Of a stretch of 64,000 nucleotides of DNA, positions 1 through 11,662 are shown piece by piece. Below the pieces are notes generated by a model, which saw only the letters and a list, made by a program, of their open reading frames with translations, had not been told where the DNA came from and did no database searches. The DNA is from Selaginella moellendorffii (Eukaryota > Plantae > Lycopodiophyta), in contig NW_003314284.1 of the NCBI RefSeq assembly GCF_000143415.4, forward strand, positions 726,693-790,692, in the 5' to 3' direction. Made by a program: the position numbers and the translations under genes. Position 1 is the stretch's first letter; the number at the start of each line of letters is the position of its first letter.

Positions 1-277
1 CCGAGATGGAGTCCGAGATGGAGTCCGAGATGGAGTCCGAGATGGACCCGAGATGGAGTCCGAGATGGAGTCCGAGATGGACCTGAGATGGACCCGAGAT
101 GGAGTCCGAGATGGAGTCCGAGATGGAGTCCGAGATGGAGTCCGAAGTCGAGACCGAGACCGGGACCGAGACCGAGACCGAGATCGGGACCGAGACCGAG
201 ACCGAGGCCGAGGCCGAGGCCGAGCCCGAGCCCGAGTCCGAGTCCGAGTCCGAGTCCGAGTCCGAGTCCGAGTCCGG
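1..277 (+). repeat. LTR-internal tandem arrays: 12/11-mer GAGATGGAGTCC/GAGATGGACCC, then hexamers CCGAGA/CCGAGT
   Basis: Directly visible. Explains the spurious low-complexity ORFs (MESE, WSPR, RDRD). Confidence 0.95.
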
Positions 278-1280
278 AGCCTGAGAGGGTGAAAGCCCAA
301 AGCGTTCGTCTCCCAGACCCTGGGGGGTTTGGTGAGCTCCAAAAGTATAGTAGGGGGAGGACTGCAGTGGAGCCAGTTTGGCCAGGAAAGGCCAGTTTGG
401 CCCAGGAAGGCCGGACCCAGTGTTGGGTGATGAGCTGCCCACTGGGAAGTCCAAGACTAGAGTGAACACGGACCGACAAGTGGGGTAGCTTGGTGAAGTG
501 TTCAAGAGCCGGCTCTAGTTCCCCCGGGAGATCGACTGGCCGATGCTCCCAGTCCAAGTGTGGGTGGCACTACCTACTTGGACACCTGTCGTGGCTCAAC
601 GGAACCTCGCTCTAAGCCCATGGCTAGAGCACCTAAAGGCGAAAGGCGAGGAGAGTACCCAGGTGGCTCGCGTAAGGCCACGGTGTTCCGAAATGTTGTC
701 CCGAAGGCCCAGACTGTGGAAAGGAAGAGGAACAGTCCTCTAGGGTAGTGACCAAGGACACAGTCGTGTGGTGAGGAAGTCCCAGAGGACCGTGGGACTT
801 AGTGGTCGGGCCTGTGGGTCTCGATCCAGTGGCAGTGTTGGCAAACACGGCCAGGGGCAGAAAGGGACTTAGTGGGAATTGACAAAGGGATATTGGGGAA
901 TGTTATTCCCCTTGTCGGTGGGCATCCTAAGGATGCTAAGGAGTGGATCTGAGATGACCACTCACGGATGGTTTGCCTAGTCTTGGAGAGCCAAGACGGT
1001 GATGCAAGTGGTATTGGACTACCAGTGTGGCAAAGGTGATTGGGTATGGCCTTAGCGTAACGGGCTGCTATGTCGGTGGTACCTTTGAGTGTCGGTCATG
1101 GGATTGGACACGTGGAGCACTTGGACCAAGTGCAAATGTTAAGTGGCATGGATGCCATTCTCGGGGCTAGCAAGTCCCAAGTCCTGGATTGGACTTATGG
1201 AGGTGGTGAATGAGACTCCTCCAAGTGGTCAGAGGTGTGGTTAAGTGACTAAAGTAGAATGGAAAATTTAGTCTCTTACA
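1..1280 (+). mobile_element. 3' part of an LTR of the LARD-like family (3' LTR or solo LTR; start lies outside the window)
   Basis: Reverse complement of the LTR at 38101-39915. Ends ...GGAAAATTTAGTCTCTTACA at 1280 and is not followed by a PBS. Confidence 0.9.
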
Positions 1281-4032
1281 CACATGCCATTCAATAGCAA
1301 CATTGGCATGCACCAATTGGGCTCTCGAGTGCAGTCCGGTTACAGATGGCGTGTAGCCTCACGCCATCTTAGGATGCAGCCTCAAGACATCTGATGCAGT
1401 GGTGAATGGCGTGTGGCCTCACGTTATTTCCAGCTGCTAACTTTTCATCTGTCAGCTCTAATTGTTGTGCATTTCTGAACAGGCAAGGAATTGCGTTCTT
1501 CTTCCAGCCACTGTCAATGTGGATGCAGAGAAGGGGGAGGAGCTCACCAGTTGGACTTTCGGGATGGAAGGCGAGGATTTGAGGCTGTACAACACAGATG
1601 GTGGGAGAAAAGAATGCATGGGGATCCTCATCCAAGTGACAGACACTCCATGCAGTTCCATGCAAGAATATGGACTGGCACTTGTGGTAGAGACAGCATC
1701 CGCCTTCAAGATCCACCTTGCACATCCTAGCGGCTTCCCGGAGGGGGGCAACGGCTATGAGGAATTCCTAGAGGGAGTTAGGGAGAGGTTGTCCAGGAGG
1801 CCCACAATTTCAAAGACGCTGTGGGTCTATGAAGATCACATGGAATCCACGGACCTCACCTACGGCGATGTTCAAAAACTATATTCCAACATTGAGCCGT
1901 TGAGAGTGACTCCAGTTCGCGAAGCGAAGGGGAAGGGGGTCGATCTGGAAACTACCCCGAAGTAGAAAAGGGTGGTCAAGCTCAAGCCGACGTCCGACTC
2001 TCCTGCTCCAAAAAAGAAGCTACTCGGTGATGCCAATGCCTCGGGTTCGAACATTACACCCACCAAAGCCACAAAAACCAGGACAAGGACGTGCACTAGC
2101 AACTAGCGCCTGGCAGGTAAGCCTCGTTGCATGTGGCATAGCATGTGGCCTCACGCCATTTCCATTGCAGGAATTCTCGAGTCTTCTCTCGAAAACACTG
2201 GGGGTCAATGACACACTCAGCATCCATAACATTCTACTCGCGACAAAAGTTGTTTTTGACAAATGGGTAAATGTGCTGAGGAGGTACCATGACGGGGAGT
2301 TGCTAAACTCAAAGGGTGTGGAGGACGGCTGGAAGCCCAATGATTTGAAGCTCAATGCCTTGCGTTTCTCGTGGTCTCTAGACGACGACAACCTTCTGAC
2401 AGTGGCTAATGCTCTTCTACGTGGTGAGGTAGTCTTCAACAAGACGAAAATGACTCCCGGCCATATTGTGACATACGAGGACTTGTGCACGACTTTGAGA
2501 GCTCGTGCGCTATTGAAGGATTGGATCTTCGAGCAAGTGGCTGTGGAGAGGGTGAGCATCGATACCACGCAAGAGATGATGGAAGAGCTGGAGTTGTCAA
2601 ATGAAGACATCGACGAGTACGTGAANNNNNNNNNNNNNNNNNNNNNNNNNNNNNNNNNNNNNNNNNNNNNNNNNNNNNNNNNNNNNNNNNNNNNNNNNNN
2701 NNNNNNNNNNNNNNNNNNNNNNNNNAGCTTCGTTCGACAAGGCGCATCGAATTGATCTGAGGGAGGTCAATTTACGCATGCCTGAGGAACTGAAGACGGC
2801 TATGGAGCTTTCGAATCCAGAGAAAGCTCCAGGTGCAGTATGGGAAATGCTCAGCTGGGTCTTCAACGCAATAGCGGGTGGGTCACCTGCTTCCGACTCC
2901 AAGGGCAAATGCGTTGTCGAGTACAACTGCGGCAGACTATTCTTTCGAGCCGCACTACTCAAGGGTGTCCCATGTGTTGCGGTGACAAACTCCATTGAAG
3001 AGGTGACTTCAATGGAGCATATAATTACAGTTGCCAAAGAAAAACAGTATCTTCTCTGCGAACCTGGTGAGTACGCACTTTAAGTTTAAATGTTATCTCA
3101 CAAGCTCTATATGCAGGAGCGTGGCCACCCCCAGATGCTGAAACGGCATTAACAGCTACTGTTGAAGATACCCATGTTGGGCCGAGCTCACAACCTGCAC
3201 AAGGTAAGGTCACGTGAGGCCTCATGCCATTTTGATTATAGATCGTTGTGAATATTCAGACACGAGGACTGAAAAGCGCACTGATGGCGCGTCGAAGAAG
3301 GACCGTATGTTCTGGGGGACCTTGCAAAACGGCTTGGAGCGATGGTGATAGAGAACCGGCCAGTCTAGGAGGTGGCTGCAGAAATCAACCAAATGGCAGA
3401 TGGAACGGTATATCAGAAGCCATTTGATCGGACAGACACCAGTCATCATTTATGGCATGTATATTGTCTAGCCAAGCACTATCCGCATCTCCATAATCTG
3501 CTCAACCGGATGGGTTCTTCGACCACTGAACATGAGCGTGGACGTATTAGAGAAGAGATGGCATTACTATTGGGTTTAAATCCTGATAGTGTGGAGAGTG
3601 ATGAAATTCCAAGATTATTGTATAGGCGTTGGAGGCAAAACATAACAGTCTGAGATGGCATGTATTTATTTAAAAATGTAACTTATTATGGCATGGGGTT
3701 CCATGCCATTGTATTAATATTAAAAGACAATTCTTTGAGAGGATTTGCATTATACTAGAAGTGTTACAGCATGTTATTGGAAGTCTACGAAGTTGTTTTA
3801 TTAATAAGGGGAAAGTAAAGATTGAATGGGGACTTGGGCTCCACCTAGACTCGGAGCAACTGAGCCAATATTAAAAGGATGGAAAGAAATTGGATGACAA
3901 TGACAAGGAGAAGAGAGAGATGAAGCAGTGGCAGGGGGAGGAGAAGTGATTGAGTAGACATTTCCTTGTTTAAAATAAAATGGCATGTGCCTCAATGCAG
4001 TTGAATTTTGTTATATTTATATACTATATAAA
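1281..4032 (+). pseudogene. Inverted, internally deleted duplicate of the cargo gene arm of the DNA transposon
   Basis: 1281-~3303 is the reverse complement of ~9584-7136, and ~3305-4032 of ~4907-4180. Premature TAG at 1963 (CAG in the other copy). About 2.2 kb is deleted at ~3303. Confidence 0.88.
2626..2725. other. Assembly gap (100 N)
   Basis: N run. The homologous copy implies ~0.5 kb of real sequence (~7712-8240). Confidence 0.99.
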
Positions 4033-4132
4033 NNNNNNNNNNNNNNNNNNNNNNNNNNNNNNNNNNNNNNNNNNNNNNNNNNNNNNNNNNNNNNNNNNNN
4101 NNNNNNNNNNNNNNNNNNNNNNNNNNNNNNNN
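4033..4132. other. Assembly gap (100 N) at the centre of the large inverted duplication
   Basis: N run flanked by mirror-image sequence. Confidence 0.99.
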
Positions 4133-4558
4133 GTGGGAATTGTCATTATCCCACTTGTAAAAGTAAGGTTTCCAAACTCTTTATATAGTATATAAATATA
4201 ACAAAATTCAACTGCATTGAGGCACATGCCATTTTATTTTAAACAAGGAAATGTCTACTCAATCACTTCTCCTCCCCCTGCCACTACTTCACCTCTCTCT
4301 TCTCCTTGTCATCGTCATCCAATTTCTTTCCATCCTTTTAATATTGGCTTAGTTGCTCCAAGTCTAGGTGGAGCCCAAGTCCCCATTCAATCTTTACTTT
4401 CCCCTTATTAATAAAACAACTTCGTAGACTTCCAATAACATGCTGTAACACTTCTAGTATAATGCAAATCCTCTCAAAGAATTGTCTTTTAATATTAATA
4501 CAATGGCATGGAACCCCATGCCATAATAAGTTACATTTTTAAATAAATACATGCCATC

Positions 4559-5421
4559 TCAAACTGTTATTTTTTGCCTCCAACGCCTATACAATAATCT
4601 TGGAATTTCATCACTCTCCATACTATCAGGATTTAAACCCAATAGTAATGCCATCTCTTCTCTAATACGTCCACGCTCATGTTCAGTGGTCGAAGAACCC
4701 ATCCGGTTGAGCAGATTATGGAGATGCGGATAATGCTTGGCTAGACAATATACATGCCATAAATGATGACTGGTGTCTGTCCGATCAAATGGCTTCTGAT
4801 ATACCGTTCCATCTGCCATTTGGTTGATTTCTGTAGCCACCTCCTGGATTGGCTGGTTCTCTATCACTATCGCTCCAAGCCGTTTTGCAAGGTCCCCCAG
4901 AACATACAGTTTCTTCTCCCTAGTTTCCATACTACAAGAGATGGGGTGCACTGCATATGTGTGCGTGTTCGTTGCAGTTTTAATCGGCGAGTCATCGATG
5001 ATGAGGATTTCACTTGACCTAGCAGTCCGGTTCATCACTACAGCCTCTGGCTTGATGAAGATGGGCTTGCTACCCCTCACATGGACCATAGTCAAGCAAT
5101 CCTCCTGCGTTAGGAGAAAGTCAAATGGTAATATTACTTGCGTCTGATCGTGCATCATCTGTAGCAACGTTAATGCATTGTGGCGCATCATGGATGTCCA
5201 AACTCCCAATTGCAAATTGAACCCGGCCCTCTGTTTTAAGTGTCGCATGGTCATTATTAGATCCCGCAGTTTCTCCCGTGTGATTAATGTGAATCTGTCT
5301 CTTTTGACCAACTTGCGACCGCAGGCTTTGGAGGGTGCAGTGACATTCGAGGACGAGCCACGCTCATGGGAGAAAAGGACACCGTTCAGATCAAAAACGA
5401 TACAGTACCTTCACCGTGACT
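4559..5421 (-). CDS. Terminal exon encoding an FCP1/NIF-like HAD phosphatase domain
   Basis: After the acceptor (ttcatttcAG at 5422) the frame reads YCIVFDLNGVLF...LGVWTSMMRHNA...TQEDC...KPIFIK...ILIIDDSPIK...N, matching plant FCP1-homology-domain motifs. Confidence 0.8.
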
Positions 5422-5469
5422 CTGAAATGAAATGCGTCAGCATAAAAAATGGTACAAGTCAATTTTACT

Positions 5470-7320
5470 ATCTACAATATTAGCGAATGGTGCTCCCGAT
5501 GGTCGTTGAGAGAGTTTTGGTCGAGGAAACGTGAAGGGCGGAAATACTCTCCTCTGCAATGTGGGGTCAATCGCATCCAATGGCGTGTGGGCACATGCCA
5601 TTTCAGCTGTAGACTCTGGTACAACTGGCTCAACAGTGGCATGGGGTGGTTCCGATGGCGTGTGATCACACGCCATTTCAGCTGGTGCCTCCGTTGGCAA
5701 AGTGGACATGACCGAACAGGCAGCAGGGGCGGTGTAGGGAGGTTCCAATGGCGCGTAGTCAAACGATTGGGCACACGTTGAGTCCGTTGGAAATGAGGAT
5801 ACGACCGGCTCGACGGCTGGGGCGGCCTCATGCGGGTCCAATGGCGCCTGATCACCGTCAGTTGGATACGTGGACAAGATTGACTCAGTGGTATGGGCAG
5901 CATCAAGTGGAGCGTGGTCAGCTTGCTTGGCGTTGATATGGATAGTAGCCTCCACCAGCTCTGATGACTCTTGCAGGCAAGTAGAGTCCACTGGCGGATC
6001 CATATGCATGTCCAAATATCTCCCTTCGATTGAGATGGTATCCTCCCGTGCTACTAAAAACAAACTCATTAGCACATTGAATCGACTATATTGTATTTAC
6101 CATCAACTGCTATTGAGGAACTAGGACCGATATCACTTGGGCACACTGCTGATTCTGAAGGATTGGACATACGTTTCGACCTTTGCTTGGCACTATCCTT
6201 CCTTGACACTAAAGGCTAGAGTTTGTAAATTCAACTGAATAATCTCTACTTACCATTTGCTCTGCGACCTACATGGACAATGTTAGAAATGGTAAAAGGT
6301 TAGGAATGGATGTACTATTATTTACCTGATGGTTTGTCTTGTATGACCTTCCTCCGCTGCTCTTTGGCCACCTCAGGCTGGCCATCGTCGTCGTCGTTAT
6401 TGTGATCGTCACCATTATGAGGACCATCCAAGTCCTCTTCGTCCTCCTCTTCTTCGTCCTCCTCTTCTTTATCCTCCTCTTCGTCCTTTTGCTCTTCCTG
6501 CTCATTATCTTTCTCTGGCTCCTCATCCCCCTCCTGCATTTCTTCCATAGGCTGCTCAGGCTGGATGGCTTGTTCTTCCAGGACCATCTTGGGAAAATCA
6601 TTTGGCCGAGTCTCCATCTCAAAATACAAGACATCCATAGCCTGTTTTAGTGCGTGACCTAGGACCGTATCCTCACTCGACTGTCTTAACATGGTTTCTG
6701 CACGTTCTTGCACCCTTCGAAGACGACGAGATGAGAAAAACGTGGCCCTGACTTGAAAAGCATCCTTCATCCATTGTACCTCTCCATTGAGATTGGGGAA
6801 GGGGAGTCCGCCATAGGAATCTGAGTCAGGAGGTGGTGACTGGCTGCTTTCACTCAGCCCTTGATCTGCAATGAATGGCATGAGCACACACGCCATAACC
6901 ACGAGGCATTACCTATCATCTTTTCGTTGCCCTTCTTCCTTTTCGAATCAAACGCCTCTGATCCCGACGACTGTCCAACGTGCTTTTGCTTTTTATGACC
7001 ACTGTCAGTTTGAGCTTGGCTGGTGCTTGCCTGTTTTGCCTTTGAAGAAGTGTCTCCTGCAAGGAATGGCATGAGACCACACGCCATTGCAAATATAATT
7101 TGTACCTCCTTTTTTCCTATTGCTTGTCTGTTTGTCCTTCTTCGACGCGCCACCAGTGCGCTTTTCAGTCCTCGTGTCTGAATATTCACAACGATCTATA
7201 ATCAAAATGGCATGAGGCCTCACGTGACCTTACCTTGTGCAGGTTGTGAGCTCGGCCCAACATGGGTATCTTCAACAGTAGCTGTTAATGCCGTTTCAGC
7301 ATCTGGGGGTGGCCACGCTC
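5470..7320 (-). CDS. Middle exons of the cargo gene: low-complexity P/A/S/T-rich and E/D-rich acidic linker
   Basis: ORFs 5437-6075, 6318-6902 and 6854-7189 are separated by short GT-AG introns (e.g. 6866-6912, 7057-7105, 7178-7233). Exact exon structure is inferred. Confidence 0.55.
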
Positions 7321-7353
7321 CTGCATATAGAGCTTGTGAGATAACATTTAAAC

Positions 7354-8694
7354 TTAAAGTGCGTACTCACCAGGTTCGCAGAGAAGATACTGTTTTTCTT
7401 TGGCAACTGTAATTATATGCTCCATTGAAGTCACCTCTTCAATGGAGTTTGTCACCGCAACACACGGGACACCCTTGAGTAGTGCGGCTCGAAAGAATAG
7501 TCCGCCGCAGTTGTACTCGACAACGCATTTGCCCTTGGAGTCGGAAGCAGGTGACCCACCCGCTATTGCGTTGAAGACCCAGCTGAGCATTTCCCATACT
7601 GCACCTGGAGCTTTCTCTGGATTCGAAAGCTCCATAGCCGTCTTCAGTTCCTCAGGCATGGGTAAATTGACCTCCCTCAGATCAATTCGATCGGCCTTGT
7701 CGAACGAAGCTGGGAAGTCACTCCAATCCCACTCTGCTGCAGGACCAATAACAAGGGCGAGTGTGAAGATGCGGACATTCGTCGGTATCTTCTTCTTAGC
7801 CATTATCCCATGGATCTCCCGCATCTCCTTGCCTTTCAACCGAGCCTTCACCTCGTTCAAGGCCTTCCAGAACTTGTGATAGGATTCGGAGTCATAGATC
7901 ATATAGTGGACTGAAGATTCCACCTCCGCAAGTCCCACCATTAAGTCAATGATGGAGCTGACTTCGTCTACATGAGTGATCTCCTCGTTTGTGAAGTCCA
8001 TCACACAAAAGATGTTCTTGACCTGCTCATCTCCGCGGGAAACGATGCTCCTCCACCTTTGATCCTCATCCGAATTCACGTATACCCGGTAAGGTTCTCG
8101 ATAGGCCTCTGCTGCGTGGTCGAGCTGTTTCTGAAGCCGGCGGTCGACATCCCTCTTAATGAAATTTGGATACTGATCCAACTTCTCAGCTTTACTTTTC
8201 GTGGCATCCCGCAGCAGATCGATGAACTTGGGGGCCCCCTTCACGTACTCGTCGATGTCTTCATTTGACAACTCCAGCTCTTCCATCATCTCTTGCGTGG
8301 TATCGATGCTCACCCTCTCCACAGCCACTTGCTCGAAGATCCAATCCTTCAATAGCGCACGAGCTCTCAAAGTCGTGCACAAGTCCTCGTATGTCACAAT
8401 ATGGCCGGGAGTCATTTTGGTCTTGTTGAAGACTACCTCACCACGTAGAAGAGCATTAGCCACTGTCAGAAGGTTGTCGTCGTCTAGAGACCGCGAGAAA
8501 CGCAAGGCGTTGAGCTTCAAATCATTGGGCTTCCAGCCGTCCTCCACACCCATTGAGTTTAGCAACTCCCCGTCATGGTACCTCCTCAGCACATTTACCC
8601 ATTTGTCAAAAACAACTTTTGTCGCGAGTAGAATGTTATGGATGCTGAGTGTGTCATTGACCCCCAGTGTTTTCGAGAGAAGACTCGAGAATTC
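7354..8694 (-). CDS. Large exon of the cargo gene: helical region plus a degenerate N4/N6-DNA-methyltransferase-like C-terminus
   Basis: 448-aa open frame starting at a splice acceptor (8695). PEKAP...LSWVFNA...GKCVVEYNCGGLFFRAALLKGVPCVAV resembles the beta-class MTase HPxxKP...GDxVLDPFxGSGTTxxAAxxxGRxxIG. The homology is inferred. Confidence 0.55.
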   Translation of the reverse strand, partial: EFSSLLSKTLGVNDTLSIHNILLATKVVFDKWVNVLRRYHDGELLNSMGVEDGWKPNDLKLNALRFSRSLDDDNLLTVANALLRGEVVFNKTKMTPGHIVTYEDLCTTLRARALLKDWIFEQVAVERVSIDTTQEMMEELELSNEDIDEYVKGAPKFIDLLRDATKSKAEKLDQYPNFIKRDVDRRLQKQLDHAAEAYREPYRVYVNSDEDQRWRSIVSRGDEQVKNIFCVMDFTNEEITHVDEVSSIIDLMVGLAEVESSVHYMIYDSESYHKFWKALNEVKARLKGKEMREIHGIMAKKKIPTNVRIFTLALVIGPAAEWDWSDFPASFDKADRIDLREVNLPMPEELKTAMELSNPEKAPGAVWEMLSWVFNAIAGGSPASDSKGKCVVEYNCGGLFFRAALLKGVPCVAVTNSIEEVTSMEHIITVAKEKQYLLCEPGEYAL

Positions 8695-8748
8695 CTGCAA
8701 TGGAAATGGCGTGAGGCCACATGCTATGCCACATGCAATGAGGCTTAC

Positions 8749-9382
8749 CTGCCAGGCGCTAGTTGCTAGTGCACGTCCTTGTCCTGGTTTTTATGGCTTT
8801 GGTGGGTGTAATGTTCGAACCCGAGGCATTGGCATCACCGAGTAGCTTCTTTTTTGGAGCAGGAGAGTCGGACGTCGGCTTGAGCTTGACCACCCTTTTC
8901 TGCTTCGGGGTAGTTTCCAGATCGACCCCCTTCCCCTTCGCTTCGCGAACTGGAGTCACTCTCAACGGCTCAATGTTGGAATATAGTTTTTGAACATCGC
9001 CGTAGGTGAGGTCCGTGGATTCCATGTGATCTTCATAGACCCACAGCGTCTTTGAAATTGTGGGCCTCCTGGACAACCTCTCCCTAACTCCCTCTAGGAA
9101 TTTCTCATAGCCGTTGCCCCCCTCTGGGAAGCCGCTAGGATGTGCAAGGTGGATCTTGAAGGCGGATGCTGTCTCTACCACAAGTGCCAGTCCATATTCT
9201 TGCATGGAACTGCATGGAGTGTCTGTCACTTGGATGAGGATCCCCATGCATTCTTTTCTCCCACCATCTGTGTTGTACAGCCTCAGATCCTCACCTTCCA
9301 TCCCGAAAGTCCAACTGGTGAGCTCCTCCCCCTTCTCTGCATCCACATTGACAATGGCTGGAAGAAGAACGCAATTCCTCGC
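8749..9382 (-). CDS. N-terminal exon of the cargo gene (unknown domain plus basic NLS-like PAPKKK); frame disrupted near 8760-8800
   Basis: 214-aa ORF 8759-9403 bounded by an acceptor at 9383 and a donor at 8748. An upstream donor GTAAGT lies at 9621. Confidence 0.55.
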
Positions 9383-10703
9383 CTGTTCAAAAATGCACAA
9401 CAATTAGAGCTGACAGATGAAAAGCTAGCAGCTGGAAATAACGTGAGGCCACACGCCATTCACCAGTGCATCAGATGTCTTGAGGCTGCATCCTAAGATG
9501 GCGTGAGGCTACACGCCATCTGTAACCGGACTGCACTCAAGAGCCCAATCGGTGCATGCCAATGTTGCTACTGAATGGCATGTGGCCTCATGCCATTTTC
9601 TACTTGGCCTAAAAGACTTACCATTTGAAGCCGAATGGAGGCGTGACAATCGAGGCCGGACTCGCTGGCGAATGTGCACTGTGTGTGCAGCGGATCGTAG
9701 CAGCAAGGCTACTCTGCCACTTACAGTTGGAGAGTGGCGCTGAAATCTCCTGGGACGCCAAGTGGGCTGCGTGTGGGTGGCGGAGTGGGCGGCGGAGTTG
9801 GCGGCGAAGTTACAAATTGGGTGTGTCTTGAAGTGGATGCCGATGCACACGAGTGCGATGCAAGCGCGAGTGGACGCCAATGCACACGAGAAACCTGTAG
9901 AGAAGGTAGATGAGCGCGAATGTGAGCGTGATCGCGAGTGGGAGCGCGATGCGAGCGCGAGTAAGAAGCAAAATGCAAAACCTAACCTCACACGCGCGAA
10001 ATGTCACGACGGTTGTTAATCCCGCCACGTCATCATTCCTCGGACTTGGGCGCCACCATTAATTTCTGGATCGCCGCGCGCATGCATGCATGTGAAATCC
10101 AAAAGAAATCCGCAACGTCATCATTCCTCGGACTACATGCACGCGAAATCCAAAAGAAAGATCATGATTGGGATATCATTTAATACCCTCGCTATATTTA
10201 TACCATGCATGATTGGATATTCCAAAGCATCTTGTATTTCCAAAAATGCTAGATGTTCAGCTAAATAAAGAATGGTATACAAAAAATCCCAAAAAATGCA
10301 CCAAAAAATGCTCGGCATCATCTGGCCATTACAGAATGGTATACAATGTTTTTCTTGATGACCCTGCAAAGAAGCATCTCGATCGGACACCACATGAGAC
10401 CACACGAGCCTTACAATGTTTCAGGGGCATTTGCCATAAATCCGACCATTATTTTGCTCCAAGATTTTACAGTTTGGTGTGCATTGACCTTTCCATCGAC
10501 ACTGCAAAGGGACATCACAATCAGATGCGGGATCACAAGAAACTAACTTCACTAACTCTGGTTTCACCAAGATTTATGTAAGGAGTTATGAAATGAAAGG
10601 ACCCTCTCTATTGAAATGTGTTTATGGTCCTAGGGGCACTGTGACATATCAAAGGATTTTGCATCAAGTTCTGTATTTGCATGTTTATCAAGCTACTGAA
10701 TTG

Positions 10704-10730
10704 CTAAACCCTAAACCCTAAACCCTAAAC
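10704..10730 (+). repeat. Interstitial plant telomere repeat / telo-box (CCCTAAA x~3.7)
   Basis: CTAAACCCTAAACCCTAAACCCTAAAC, in the region between the divergent genes. Confidence 0.85.
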
Positions 10731-11527
10731 ATGTGGCAAATGCTGCGTGAAGAAAGATGCCCTTTCTAGGCAAATGTTGTAAGAGGCAGATGCCAAGCAG
10801 ATGTATCTCAGGCTAGCGAAGAGGACAAACGAAAGCTAGCTATAAACATGACGGGATGCAAATAGATTACTAGGCTGGTCCTGCGAAAATCAAAAACCAT
10901 AATTGAAAACATTGAAAATGCAAAAAGAAAGGTTTATAATATTTTTGAATTTTAAGCAACCAAAGGAATGTAAGTAGGGCATGTGTTTGTAAGTTTAAAA
11001 ATGCCTCAACCACTTAAATTCCCAAGTAAATAAAGCTGTTTCTATTTTTGGTACAGGTAAACTTTATAGCGTGTGGGCTCATGCAATTTTGAACCCAAAA
11101 ATGCACCAAAAAATGCTCGACTAGCATTATTCTTTGAATGGCATGTGGCCTTATATTGCCATAAATGGACGTACACACACAGCATAATTATTCCTTTACA
11201 CGGCGAATAATCTTGGCGCGGATCGCTGACATGGCATGGCAAAGTTCGAATCACTGACATGGCACAGCTGGATCGAGGCAAGGACATGATGTGACAAAAT
11301 TCAACCTCCGACAGCAAAGTCTAGAAGCTACTCAGTTTGAAATTTGTCAGAGGAATCATAAGATCTGGTTTGTCAGAGGATTTGATGTGACGTTCAAGCG
11401 TGTGTTATTTTTGAATTCTCAAACTCATTCCTAGGTCTATCATTTTTGTGTGCCGTGTTCTTGGTTCCGCTGAGCGCAGTGAGCGCTGCTTGTGTAAGCG
11501 GCGTTGTGAGCTGTGGTTTATGCATCT

Positions 11528-11662
11528 ACGAGCGGTTGCGGCATTGCGAGCGCCATTGCGAGCGGCAGTTTATGCGAGTGGCAGTTTGTGCGAGCAGCGC
11601 TACGAGCAGTTGTGGTGTTGCGAGCGGCGCTACGAGTAGTTGCGGTGTTGCGAGCGGCACTG
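11528..11662 (+). repeat. Short tandem repeat (~30-bp unit GCGAGCGGCGCTACGAGCAGTTGTGGTGTT and GCGAGC cores) upstream of the transposase
   Basis: Directly visible imperfect tandem copies. Confidence 0.75.

Noticed and set aside
8201-8845. Antisense ORFs opposite the cargo, transposase and pol genes (e.g. also 13837-14715)
   Set aside because: Shadow ORFs of the real coding strand with no motifs.
10704-10730. Telomere or chromosome end
   Set aside because: Fewer than four units and internal; treated as a telo-box or interstitial repeat.
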